This document shows positions 1 through 9,200 of a DNA stretch of 64,000 nucleotides, piece by piece. Numbering within the stretch: the stretch's first letter is position 1; every line of letters begins with the position of its first letter. The DNA comes from Longimicrobiales bacterium (GTDB lineage Bacteria; Gemmatimonadota; Gemmatimonadetes; Longimicrobiales; Gaopeijiaceae). The translations under genes and the position numbers were made by a program. The DNA lies in the NCBI GenBank assembly GCA_965202805.1, contig OZ241869.1, positions 2,720,001-2,784,000 of the forward strand. Reading direction: 5' to 3'. Under the pieces are notes generated by a model that saw only the letters and a program-made list of their open reading frames with translations, did not search any database and was not told where the DNA came from.

Positions 1-2
1 TC

Positions 3-1178
3 TCCGTCCCCGGGGCCGGTCTCGCCGGAGGATGACCCGCCACCCACCAGCGTGGGCTCGGTCGCCGCCCCCTCGCCCTCCTCGTAGCCTTCCATCCCGC
101 CCACCCGGCCCCAGCACCAGACCTCGCCGGCGGCGGTAAACGCGCAGGTGCCGTAGTTGCCCGCCGAGATGGACTCGAAGGTGTGGCCGCCCGTGACCTC
201 GACCGGTTCCGCGCGGTTGGTGGTCGAACCGTCGCCCAGCTGGCCGAAGGTGTTGAGGCCCCAGCAGTACGCCTCGCCGTCGTCGGTGAGCGCGCAGGTG
301 TGCACGCCGCCGGAGCTGATGGTGGAGAAGTCGTGCCCGCCGGCCACTTCGGTCGGCCCGCCGCGGCGCTCCTCGGTGCCGTCGCCCAGCACGCCGTAGT
401 TGTTGTTGCCCCAGCAATAGGCGTCGCCGCCGCCCGTGACCCCGCATGTGCGGTTGCTCCCGGCGGAGAGCACGTCGTACCTCGGCCCGTCGACCTCGCC
501 GGGCCCGGCCGAGCCCAGAGCGCGGGTGCTGTCGCCGAGCTCGATGAAGTCGTTCGAGCCCCAGCAGGTGGCGCGCCCGTTCCCGGCCAGCGCGCAGGTA
601 TGGTCGACGCCGGCGGTGATCGACTCGAAGCGGGTGTCGGTCTCGACCCGCACCGGCGTGCCGCTGGGGCTGCCGGCCGCCACGCCCAGCTGGGCCGAAC
701 TGTTCAGCCCCCAGCAGTACGCCTCGCCGTCGTCGGTGAGTGCGCAGGTGTGATTGGTGCCGGCCGCCACCGCCTCGAAGGTCATGTCACCGGCCGCGCG
801 CACCGGTTCGGCGCGGTTGGTGGTCGAGCCGTCCCCCAGTTCACCGTAGCCGTTTCTGCCCCAGCAGTGAACGGCCCCGTCCGCCGCAACCCCGCAGGCG
901 TGCCCGTGGCCGACCGAGATCGACTGGAAGGTCAGCCCCCCGGACACCGCGGCGGGCTCGGCCCGATTGGCCGTGTCGCCATCGCCCAGCTGCCCGTAGG
1001 CGTTGGTGCCCCAGCAACTTGCCGCCCCGTCCTCCCCCAGGGTGCAGACGTGGCTGAAGCCGACCGAAACCGCGCCCGTGCCGGCCTGGGCCGGAGGAGG
1101 ATCGACCGCGAAGGGGAGGGCGGGCGATCCGAGGAACAAGGCGAGGAAAGCGGGGAGAACACTCAGGTGCAGCCGCAT
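3..1178 (-). CDS. Secreted RCC1-repeat (beta-propeller) protein, 3'-partial at window edge
   Basis: Not in the ORF track because it runs off the edge. Manual translation from ATG 1178 (AAGGAG upstream) gives a signal peptide MRLHLSVLPAFLALFLG followed by about 7 repeats of the type 'SVGxxHTCALTxDGEAYCWGxNxxGQLGDGSTTNRAEPV'. Confidence 0.9.
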   Translation of the reverse strand, partial: MRLHLSVLPAFLALFLGSPALPFAVDPPPAQAGTGAVSVGFSHVCTLGEDGAASCWGTNAYGQLGDGDTANRAEPAAVSGGLTFQSISVGHGHACGVAADGAVHCWGRNGYGELGDGSTTNRAEPVRAAGDMTFEAVAAGTNHTCALTDDGEAYCWGLNSSAQLGVAAGSPSGTPVRVETDTRFESITAGVDHTCALAGNGRATCWGSNDFIELGDSTRALGSAGPGEVDGPRYDVLSAGSNRTCGVTGGGDAYCWGNNNYGVLGDGTEERRGGPTEVAGGHDFSTISSGGVHTCALTDDGEAYCWGLNTFGQLGDGSTTNRAEPVEVTGGHTFESISAGNYGTCAFTAAGEVWCWGRVGGMEGYEEGEGAATEPTLVGGGSSSGETGPGDG

Positions 1179-1236
1179 GAGTCGCTCCTTGCCGGACGGA
1201 AAAACGTCGTGTCCGCGACACTCTTGACCCGAAAAA

Positions 1237-1310
1237 TCGGGACGGCCGGATTCGAACCGGCGACCCCCTGAACCCCATTCAGGTGCGCTACCGGACTGCG
1301 CCACGTCCCG
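1237..1310 (-). tRNA. tRNA-Pro(GGG)
   Basis: Reverse complement is CGGGACGTGGCGCAGTCCGGTAGCGCACCTGAATGGGGTTCAGGGGGTCGCCGGTTCGAATCCGGCCGTCCCGA. It forms a cloverleaf with anticodon loop ATGGGGT and a GTTCGAA T-loop. CCA is not encoded. Confidence 0.97.
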
Positions 1311-1438
1311 AAGAACGCGCAATATAACCAGCCCGCGGCAACGCACAAAGAAGCCGGGCACGGGGGTTGCAACCCGCACGTGCTCCCCTAGACTTCTCCG
1401 GGTTCCCGCACTGAATCGGAGTTATCGGAGGTGAACAA

Positions 1439-2845
1439 GTGACCGACGCCGGCAAGAATTTCGACGTGATCGTCATCGGCAGCGGCCCGGGCGGCTACGT
1501 CGCGGCCATCCGCGCGGCCCAGCTCGGACTGAGCGCGGCCTGCGTCGAGGACGAGGAACTGGGCGGGGTGTGCCTGAACGTGGGCTGCATCCCCACCAAG
1601 GCCCTGCTCTCGAGCGCGCTCCTGGTCGGCCAGCTGAAGAAGGCCCGGCAGCACGGCATCATGCTGGGCGAGATGGGGGTGGAGCTCGGCCCCGCGCAGA
1701 AGCGCAGCCGCAATGTCGCTGCGCGGCTGGTGCGCGGCATCGGCCATCTCCTTAAGAAAAACGGGGTTACCTACATCGAGGGCTACGGCCGACTGGCCGG
1801 CGGGGGCACCGTCGAGGTGCAGAACCGCGACGGCGAATCGCAGCGCTATCACGGGCGCAACGTCATCATCGCCACCGGCTCCCGGCCCCGCGACATCCCC
1901 GTGCTGATCATCGACGGCGAGCGCATCTGGTCGTCCACCCACGCCCTCTTCCAGAAGGAGGCCCCGGCTCATCTGGTGATCGTGGGCGCGGGCGCTGTAG
2001 GCATCGAGTTCGCGGACATCTACGCCGCCTACGGCTCGAAGGTCACGGTGGTCGAGATGCTCGACCGCATTCTTCCCGTGGAGGATGAAGAGGTCTCGGA
2101 GGCGGTGGCGCGGAGCTACAGGCGCCGCGGCATGGAGATTCTCACCGGCACGAGCCTGCGGAACACCGAGATCCACGACTCCGGGGTCCGGCTGACGGTG
2201 CAGGACGGCGACGGCAAGGAACGCGTACTCGAGGCCGACTACGTCCTGTCGGCGGTCGGGCGCGTCCCCAACATCGAGGACATCGGGCTGGAGAGGGCCG
2301 GGGTGGCCACCCGCGACGGCTTCGTCGACGTCAACGAGCACATGGAGACCAGCGTGCCCGGCATCTTCGCCATCGGCGACTGCGCCGGCCCGCCCCTGCT
2401 CGCCCACAAGGGCTCGCACGAGGGCATCGTGGCGGTGGAGCACATCGCCGGAGCCGGACACGGGACCGTCGACTACGGCAACATCCCCAACTGCACCTAC
2501 TGCCACCCCGAAGTGGCATCCGTCGGCCTCACCGAGGCCCAGGCCCGGGAGGCCGGCCACGACATCGAGGTGGGCCGGTTCCCCTGGGTCGCCAACGGGC
2601 GCGCGCTGGCGGCCGGCGACTCGGATGGATTCCTGAAGGTCATCCGCGACACCCGCTATTCGGAGATCCTGGGCGCACACATCGTGGGACCGGGCGCAAC
2701 CGAACTCATCGCCGAATTCGTGGTGGGCCGTCACCTGGAGGCGACCGTCGAGGAGATGGAGAAGGCGATGCACCCGCACCCGACCCTCTCCGAGGCCGTG
2801 GCGGAGGGGGCGCTGTCAGCGCTGGGAAGGGCGATTCACTTCTAG
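1439..2845 (+). CDS. lpdA: Dihydrolipoyl dehydrogenase (E3)
   Basis: GSGPGGY FAD motif, GGVCLNVGCIPTK redox disulfide and C-terminal HPHPTLSE. GGAGG RBS upstream. Confidence 0.95.
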   Translation: MTDAGKNFDVIVIGSGPGGYVAAIRAAQLGLSAACVEDEELGGVCLNVGCIPTKALLSSALLVGQLKKARQHGIMLGEMGVELGPAQKRSRNVAARLVRGIGHLLKKNGVTYIEGYGRLAGGGTVEVQNRDGESQRYHGRNVIIATGSRPRDIPVLIIDGERIWSSTHALFQKEAPAHLVIVGAGAVGIEFADIYAAYGSKVTVVEMLDRILPVEDEEVSEAVARSYRRRGMEILTGTSLRNTEIHDSGVRLTVQDGDGKERVLEADYVLSAVGRVPNIEDIGLERAGVATRDGFVDVNEHMETSVPGIFAIGDCAGPPLLAHKGSHEGIVAVEHIAGAGHGTVDYGNIPNCTYCHPEVASVGLTEAQAREAGHDIEVGRFPWVANGRALAAGDSDGFLKVIRDTRYSEILGAHIVGPGATELIAEFVVGRHLEATVEEMEKAMHPHPTLSEAVAEGALSALGRAIHF

Positions 2846-2867
2846 GGGCGATTCACATCCAGGCAGG

Positions 2868-4142
2868 TCAGGCTCGAACCTGCGGCAGGACCTTCGGCAC
2901 GCGCGCACCGTTCCCGGCCTTCTTCTGCGCGTCCGCGTCGGGCAGCACCCCCCGGATCTGCAGCACCCGCGCCAGCGCCTCTCCGATCTTGTTGTTCGGG
3001 GTGGAGGCGCCGGCCGTGATCCCGAGTTCGAACGGGCCCTCCGGGAGCCAGTCCCGGGCGACCACTTCGGGGGCGTGCGGGTCGAGTTCCGGCTTGTGGC
3101 GCACCACATCCTTCGCCGTGTCGATGCACACCGCGTCCTCGATGTGGTAGGTGACCGTGTACTCGCGGCACATGCTCGCCAGGTGGTTGGTGTTCGACGA
3201 GTTGTAGCCACCGATCACGATCATGACATCCGGCGGCCGGGCCATCATCGCCTCGACCGCATCCTGCCGCTCCTGGGTCGCCGAGCAGATGGTGTCGAAC
3301 GAGCGGAAACGTTCGCGCGCGTAGTCCTCGCCGTGGCCCTCCACCATCGCCTGGCGGAGTCTCCCGGCGATCGCCAGCGACTCGTTGGCCAGCATGGTGG
3401 TCTGGTTCGCCACCCCGACCCTGCACAGATCCTGCTCCGGGTCGAAGCCGGGCGTGGATTTCTCGCGGAAGTGCTCGCTGAACTCGTCGGTCGACATGCT
3501 GCCGGGACGGTGCGCGATGTAGTCGCACACGAGCGCCGCCTCCGCCATGTCGCGCACGATCAGGTACTTGCCCCCGTCGTACAGGGTGACCTGGGACGCG
3601 GTCGCCCGGGATTCCTCGTGTGTGTACTTGCCATGGACGATGGCCGTGTAGCCGTCGCGCGCGTACTTCTCGACGCGCTTCCACACGTTCAGCACGGAGC
3701 CGCAGGTGGTATCCACCAGCACGCAGCCGATCTCGCGCAGCGTAACGAAGTCATGGCGCGTGACCCCGAAGGCGGGAATCAGGACGACATCCCTGGAGGT
3801 CAGGTGCGAGAAGTCGAATGTCTTGTCGTCGCGCGGATAGAGGAACCGGATGCCCATCTCGCGCATGCGCTGGTTCACATGCGGGTTGTGGATGATCTCC
3901 CCGACCAGGTAGATGTCGCTGTCGGGAAACTTGCGCACGGTCTCGTACGCGTAGTCGATGGCGCGGTCGACCCCGTAGCAGAAACCGAACTCCTGCGCCA
4001 GACGAACGGTGATGTCGCCGAAGATGTCGGTGTAGCCGCGCGCACGGATGCGATCCACCAGCTGCGAGTGGTACTCCGCATCGATGATCGGCTTGACCTG
4101 CTTCTTGAGACCGAAGCCTCTGCGGAAATAGGTCTCTTCCAT
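2868..4142 (-). CDS. ispH: 4-hydroxy-3-methylbut-2-enyl diphosphate reductase
   Basis: FGFCYGVDRA, IIHNP, DTTCG, TICSATQERQ, GGYNSSNT and GITAGASTP motifs. Start placed at MEETYFRRG (4142). Confidence 0.93.
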   Translation of the reverse strand: MEETYFRRGFGLKKQVKPIIDAEYHSQLVDRIRARGYTDIFGDITVRLAQEFGFCYGVDRAIDYAYETVRKFPDSDIYLVGEIIHNPHVNQRMREMGIRFLYPRDDKTFDFSHLTSRDVVLIPAFGVTRHDFVTLREIGCVLVDTTCGSVLNVWKRVEKYARDGYTAIVHGKYTHEESRATASQVTLYDGGKYLIVRDMAEAALVCDYIAHRPGSMSTDEFSEHFREKSTPGFDPEQDLCRVGVANQTTMLANESLAIAGRLRQAMVEGHGEDYARERFRSFDTICSATQERQDAVEAMMARPPDVMIVIGGYNSSNTNHLASMCREYTVTYHIEDAVCIDTAKDVVRHKPELDPHAPEVVARDWLPEGPFELGITAGASTPNNKIGEALARVLQIRGVLPDADAQKKAGNGARVPKVLPQVRA

Positions 4143-4284
4143 GCCGGATCCGGGATGACGGGGGAAGACGGGAGGGAACGCTGGTACACCTGCAACTAAG
4201 CGAAGGCTCCGGCGGCGATCAAGCTGGCGGGCGCCGCGGGCGGCCCGGTGGCACCGGAGTCGGCGGCTCGGGGTAGAGCGTCCA

Positions 4285-4872
4285 ATGTCGATACTGTCCA
4301 GGCTCGCGCTCCTCTTCATCGCGGTCCCGCTGCTCGAGTTGTTCATCCTGATCCGGCTGGGTGGCGCGATCGGTCTCATGCCCACTCTGGCCCTCTGCGT
4401 GCTGACGGGGGTCGCCGGGGCGTGGCTGGCGCGCCGGGAGGGGATGCGCGCGCTGTGGTCGTTCCAGGAGCGGCTGGCGCGGGGCGGCGTGCCCGGGCGG
4501 GCGCTCATGGACGGGCTGTGCATCCTCATCGGGGGCGCGGTGCTGCTCACCCCCGGACTGCTCACGGACCTGCTGGGCTTCGCCCTTCTGCTGCCTCCCA
4601 GCCGGCGCTGGATTCAGGCTCGGATGAAGCGGCGCATCGAGCGCCAGGTCGCCGAAGGGTCGATCCGCGTGACGACCCTGGGCGGGTTTCCGGGAGCCGG
4701 AATGCATCCGGGCTCTGGCGGGGCACACCCGGGCGCTGGTGGGGCGTCTGGATGGGGATTCGGGACCGGGCGCGAACGATTTGGGCCCCGGGAGGAGCCC
4801 GCTGACGAGGCGGCCAGACACCGTCCCGCCCCCGGGGAGATCATCCAACCCGAGAAACGGGACGACAGATGA
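4285..4872 (+). CDS. fxsA: FxsA family membrane protein
   Basis: 'VPLLELFILIRLGGAIG' and 'LLLTPGLLTDLLG' FxsA signatures. Confidence 0.88.
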   Translation: MSILSRLALLFIAVPLLELFILIRLGGAIGLMPTLALCVLTGVAGAWLARREGMRALWSFQERLARGGVPGRALMDGLCILIGGAVLLTPGLLTDLLGFALLLPPSRRWIQARMKRRIERQVAEGSIRVTTLGGFPGAGMHPGSGGAHPGAGGASGWGFGTGRERFGPREEPADEAARHRPAPGEIIQPEKRDDR

Positions 4873-4885
4873 CGGGAGGGGATCG

Positions 4886-5953
4886 ATGACCCGGGAGATC
4901 GACTTCCTGGAGCGCCTTCTCAACGCGCCCGGCCCGTCCGGCTTCGAGGTCCGGCCCGCGCGGGTCTGGCGGCAGCGGGCAGAGGGCTTCGCCGACCGGG
5001 TGTGGACGGACGTGACCGGCAATTCCTTCGCCGCGGTCAATCTCGACGCCAGGCCGCGGGTGATGATGGCCGGGCATGTCGACGAGATCGGCCTCCAGAT
5101 CACCCACATCGACAAGGACGGGTTCCTCTACTTCGACACCATCGGCGGATGGGATGCGCAGGTGCTCGTGGGCCAGCGGGTGCGTATTCTCGGCGCCGCG
5201 GGGGAGGTGCCCGGCGTCATCGGCAAGAAGCCGATCCACCTCATGCAGGCATCGGACCGGACCAAGGCGAGCAAAGTCCGGGATCTCTGGATCGACGTGG
5301 GGGCCGGCGATCGTGACGCGGCGGGCGAACTGGGGTTGCGCGTGGGAGACCCTGCGGTGATCGACGCGGCCCTGGTGCGGCTGGCCGGCGACCGCATCGC
5401 CTCGCGCGCCATCGACAACCGGATCGGCGCCTACGTGGTGCTGGAGGCGCTCCGCCGGCTGGCGGAGTCCCCGGGTTCAGCCGGCGCGGTGGCGGTCGCC
5501 ACGGTACAGGAGGAGATCGGCTATTCCGGGGGCGGCGCCCGCCCCAGCGCCTACTCCGTGGATCCGGATGTGGCGCTGGTGGTCGACGTCACCTTCAGCA
5601 CCGACGCCCCGACCATCAACAAGAAGGAACTGGGCGAGCACGACCTGGGCGGCGGTCCGGTGCTGAGCCGGGGTTCGGCGGCGCACCCCGTGGTCTTCGA
5701 GCGACTGACGCGAGTCGCGGAGTCCGAGGACATCTCCTACAGCATCCAGGCGGCCCCGCGCGCGACCCGCACCGACGCGGACGGCATCCATCTGGTGCGC
5801 ACCGGCGTCCCGACCGGGCTGGTATCGGTTCCCAACCGCTACATGCACTCGCCCAACGAGATCGTCAGCACGAGCGACCTGGACGCGGCCGCGAACCTGC
5901 TGGCGGCATTCGTGCGCGACCTGGGCGGGGACGAGGACTTCACGCCGCGGTAA
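4886..5953 (+). CDS. M42 family metallopeptidase (TET-like aminopeptidase)
   Basis: GHVDEIG, IDNRIG, VQEEIG and RYMHSPNE motifs. RBS GGAGGG before ATG 4886. Confidence 0.92.
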   Translation: MTREIDFLERLLNAPGPSGFEVRPARVWRQRAEGFADRVWTDVTGNSFAAVNLDARPRVMMAGHVDEIGLQITHIDKDGFLYFDTIGGWDAQVLVGQRVRILGAAGEVPGVIGKKPIHLMQASDRTKASKVRDLWIDVGAGDRDAAGELGLRVGDPAVIDAALVRLAGDRIASRAIDNRIGAYVVLEALRRLAESPGSAGAVAVATVQEEIGYSGGGARPSAYSVDPDVALVVDVTFSTDAPTINKKELGEHDLGGGPVLSRGSAAHPVVFERLTRVAESEDISYSIQAAPRATRTDADGIHLVRTGVPTGLVSVPNRYMHSPNEIVSTSDLDAAANLLAAFVRDLGGDEDFTPR

Positions 5954-5982
5954 TGTTGATTTTGCGCAGCCCCGGGCAGCCG

Positions 5983-6099
5983 ATGGCGGTTCGCGGGAGG
6001 AAGAGACCTCCAGGCGTGCTCAGGCGGGCATGGGGCCACACCTGGCGAGCACTCAAGTTCGTCGGCCGCGTGCTCTGGACGATCATCAAGGCGATCTGA
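5983..6099 (+). CDS. Putative small cationic amphipathic peptide (38 aa, or 27 aa from GTG 6016)
   Basis: MAVRGRKRPPGVLRRAWGHTWRALKFVGRVLWTIIKAI*. The 3' half has host-like GC3 codon usage. Below the ORF-track cutoff. Confidence 0.4.
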   Translation: MAVRGRKRPPGVLRRAWGHTWRALKFVGRVLWTIIKAI

Positions 6100-6160
6100 C
6101 CGCAGCCCTTCCCGCGACCACGCGAGTCGGAGAAAGGCCTCTGCCGTCGAAACACCGGCT

Positions 6161-6278
6161 ACTAGCAGCTTGCGCCGCAGAACGATCCAAGGCCCTCGAA
6201 CACACGACAGGTAGTAGTATGGGCGTGTTGGCATACCATAGGTAGTAGTGCGAGATTCCTGCGGCGCAGACTCCTAGT
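6161..6278. mobile_element. MITE-like element with imperfect 20-bp terminal inverted repeats bounded by CTAG
   Basis: Left end ACTAGCAGCTTGCGCCGCAG (6161-6180). The reverse complement of the right end is ACTAGGAGTCTGCGCCGCAG (6259-6278). The interior is lower in GC and has AGGTAGTAGT twice (6209, 6240). Confidence 0.5.
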
Positions 6279-9200
6279 CGGGCTCTCCAGTGACGAGTCC
6301 GTAGTCCTTCGTCGCCGCCGGTTCCGTAACGTAGCCGTCGAGCAGGTCGTCCCGGATGTGCTCGCGAGAACGGTGCCGCGGGTCGCCGAGGCCGCCTCCT
6401 CCGGGGGTTTCCAATACGATGCGGTGACCGGGCGGCACCACTTCGCGGCCCTTGGCGCGGAGTTCCCCGACCTTCGGCACGTGGACCCGGCCCAGCGCGC
6501 CATCGCCGCCCCCCGCACGTCCCCGGGCAGGGTTGCGGACCCGTTCGAACATCTTGGAGATGGCGAAGGGTTCGCCGGAGGCGTGGGAAATCTCCATGAC
6601 CTGGCCCAGGCCGCCCCGGAACTCGCCGGGCCCTCCGGAGTCGGGGATGTACTCCTTTCTCCAGAAGATGAGCGGAGCCACGGTTTCGGTGATTTCGATG
6701 GGCGTGCTGCGGACGCCGGAGGGAAAGGCGGTGGCCGAGAGCCCGTCCTTGCCCGGGCGGGCGCCCGTGCCCCCGGTGTGGAAGGGATTGACCACGAAGG
6801 GCTCGGAGCCGCCGTACGGGTGGGTGCCGGTCAGGCCCGGGCCGCCCAGCAGCACCGGATTCCAGAGGCAGGAGGCGCCTTCCGCGGGGACGGATCCGGG
6901 TTCCATGGCCTGCTCCAGGCACCCGAGCACCACATCGGGCAGCATCTGGCCGATGGCGTGGCGGGCTGCGACGGCGGCGGGCGGCGGGGCGTTCAGGATG
7001 GACCCGCTTGGGGCGCCGACCGAGATCGTGCTGAGCGACCCCGCATTGTTGGGCACCTCCGAGCCCACCACGCAGCGGACGCCGAAGGAGGCGTAGGCTC
7101 GGGTATAGGTGAGGGGCACGTTGATGCCGCGCGGGGACATGGGCGAGGTGCCGTCGAAGTCGATGCGGATGCCGTCGGGCGAGACGGTCAGGGCACAGGC
7201 GAGGTCGAGGTCGTGGTCGTATCCGTCGATCCTCATGTGATGGCGATAGGTGCCCGGACGCAGGGCGCGGATGCGCGCCAGCATGGCGCGACGGGACGCG
7301 GAAACGACCATCTCCGCAAGCGGATCCAGGGAATCGAGCCCGAACTCGGCCATCATCGCCGCGAGGCGTTCGCAGCCTGTGCGGTTGCAGGCGGCGAGAG
7401 AGTAGAGGTCGCCCTGGGCTACGTCGGGGTCGCGCACGTTGGCGCGGATGAGGCGAATCAGGGTTTCGTCCACGCGACCGGCGCGCATCAGGTATCCGAT
7501 GGGGATGCGCACGCCCTCTTCGAACACCTGGTTGGCGTCGGCTCCGAAGCCGCGTCCGCCCACGTCCGCGATGTGGCTGGTAGCGGCGAAGAGCGCTGCC
7601 GGACGTCCCGAGACGAAGGCCGGGGTCACGACCGTGAAGTCGTTCAGGTGGCCGGTTCCCTCCCAGGGGTCGTTGGTGATGAGGACGTCGCCGTCGACGA
7701 GGGTCGGGACGGGATGGTCGCGCAGGAAGAACCCCACCGATTCCGCCATCGCGTTGACGTGTCCGGGGGTACCGGTGACGGCCTGCGCGAGCATGCGTCC
7801 GGACAGGTCGAAGACACCCGCGGAGAGGTCGCCCGCCTCCCGGACCGGTGTGGAAAAGGCCGTGCGCACCAAGGTGCGGGCCTGCTCCTCGACAACCGAG
7901 AGGAGGCGGCTCCACATGATCTGGTCCTGGAGCAGGGTGAGGGCGGGGCGGGGGGATGTCGGATCGGGACGGCGAGGTTCCCGGATGGGGCGGGTGGATT
8001 CGGGTATGGGATCCACGGGCGTGGGTGCGGGGCACTCGGATGTGGATTGGGGAAGGGCGGAGTCAGGTACCGTTTCTGCGGATTGGCGTCCCGGATCCGT
8101 CGATGCTCCTTCCGGGTTCATGGATGCGCATGCTGCGCGGTCGCTTTCGAATGCCGGGCGGCTGGATGCGAGATTCGGAACCGCGGCCGGGTCGCTGTTT
8201 CTGCGCACCAGCAGGTGCCCGCCGGGGAGCACCACCGCCCCCCACCCCCCCGGGACGACCGTGGTGGTCTGGGTCTCCACGACCAGGGCCGGTCCCTCGA
8301 CCCGCTCCCGCTCCCCCAGCCCACCGCGGGGGTGCACCGCCGCCGCGACCGGTCCACCCTCCGCCCCGTCGACCAGTTCGGACCGGCGGACGGGCGGTGG
8401 TGCGCCCGGGGTGGGCGGGCCCCCGGACGGGCCTGGTTCGGGCGGGCCGGCGGACAGGTGTGGCTCGGATGAGTAGCCTCCCACCGCCGCGTCCCCACCG
8501 GTCAGCCGCGCCGACCCGGAAGCCCCGTCCCCCGGTTCCCGCACCTGCATCTTCCCGCCCGTGACCGTCCCGGCCGACCCGTCCCCGCGAGGCGCCGACC
8601 GTCCACCCGCGTGAGCCCCGTCACCGCCCCGGCCCCCATCCCCACCCGTCGCCGACTCCAGCCCACTCGCCGCCGCATCCGCCGTCACCACCAGCGTCCA
8701 GCTCAGCACCTCCACGTCCAGCCCCGGGATGACGCGACCGTATACGGCCCGGTAGGCATGGTCGAAGGCGCCTCGCAGGACGTCCACGGAACCGTCGCCC
8801 GCCGCAGAACCGTCGCCCGCCACAAAGCCCGTGTCCGCCACCACCTCCCGGGGCACCTCCACCCCGATCTCGTGGCCCTGCCCCACGTAGCGCATGTAGG
8901 CCCGCACCCGCTCGGTGGTCGCGGCGCCGGGAGCCCCCCGAGCGACCACCTCGGTCGCCTCCTCCCGCATCTCCTGCATGACGTCCCGGACCACCCTGGC
9001 TTCGAACGCCGACAGGCGCATGTAGCGGCTGCGCACCACCTCGTATGAAATCGGCGCCAGCAGGAAGCCCACGGCCGAACCCACACCGGCGTCGGCCGGG
9101 ACCAGAAAGCGGTGGAGTTCGAGCTTGTCCGCCAGGCGGGCCGCGTGGATGGGCGCCGAACCTCCGAACGCCACCAGCGTCCGGCCGGCCAGTCCCTTCC

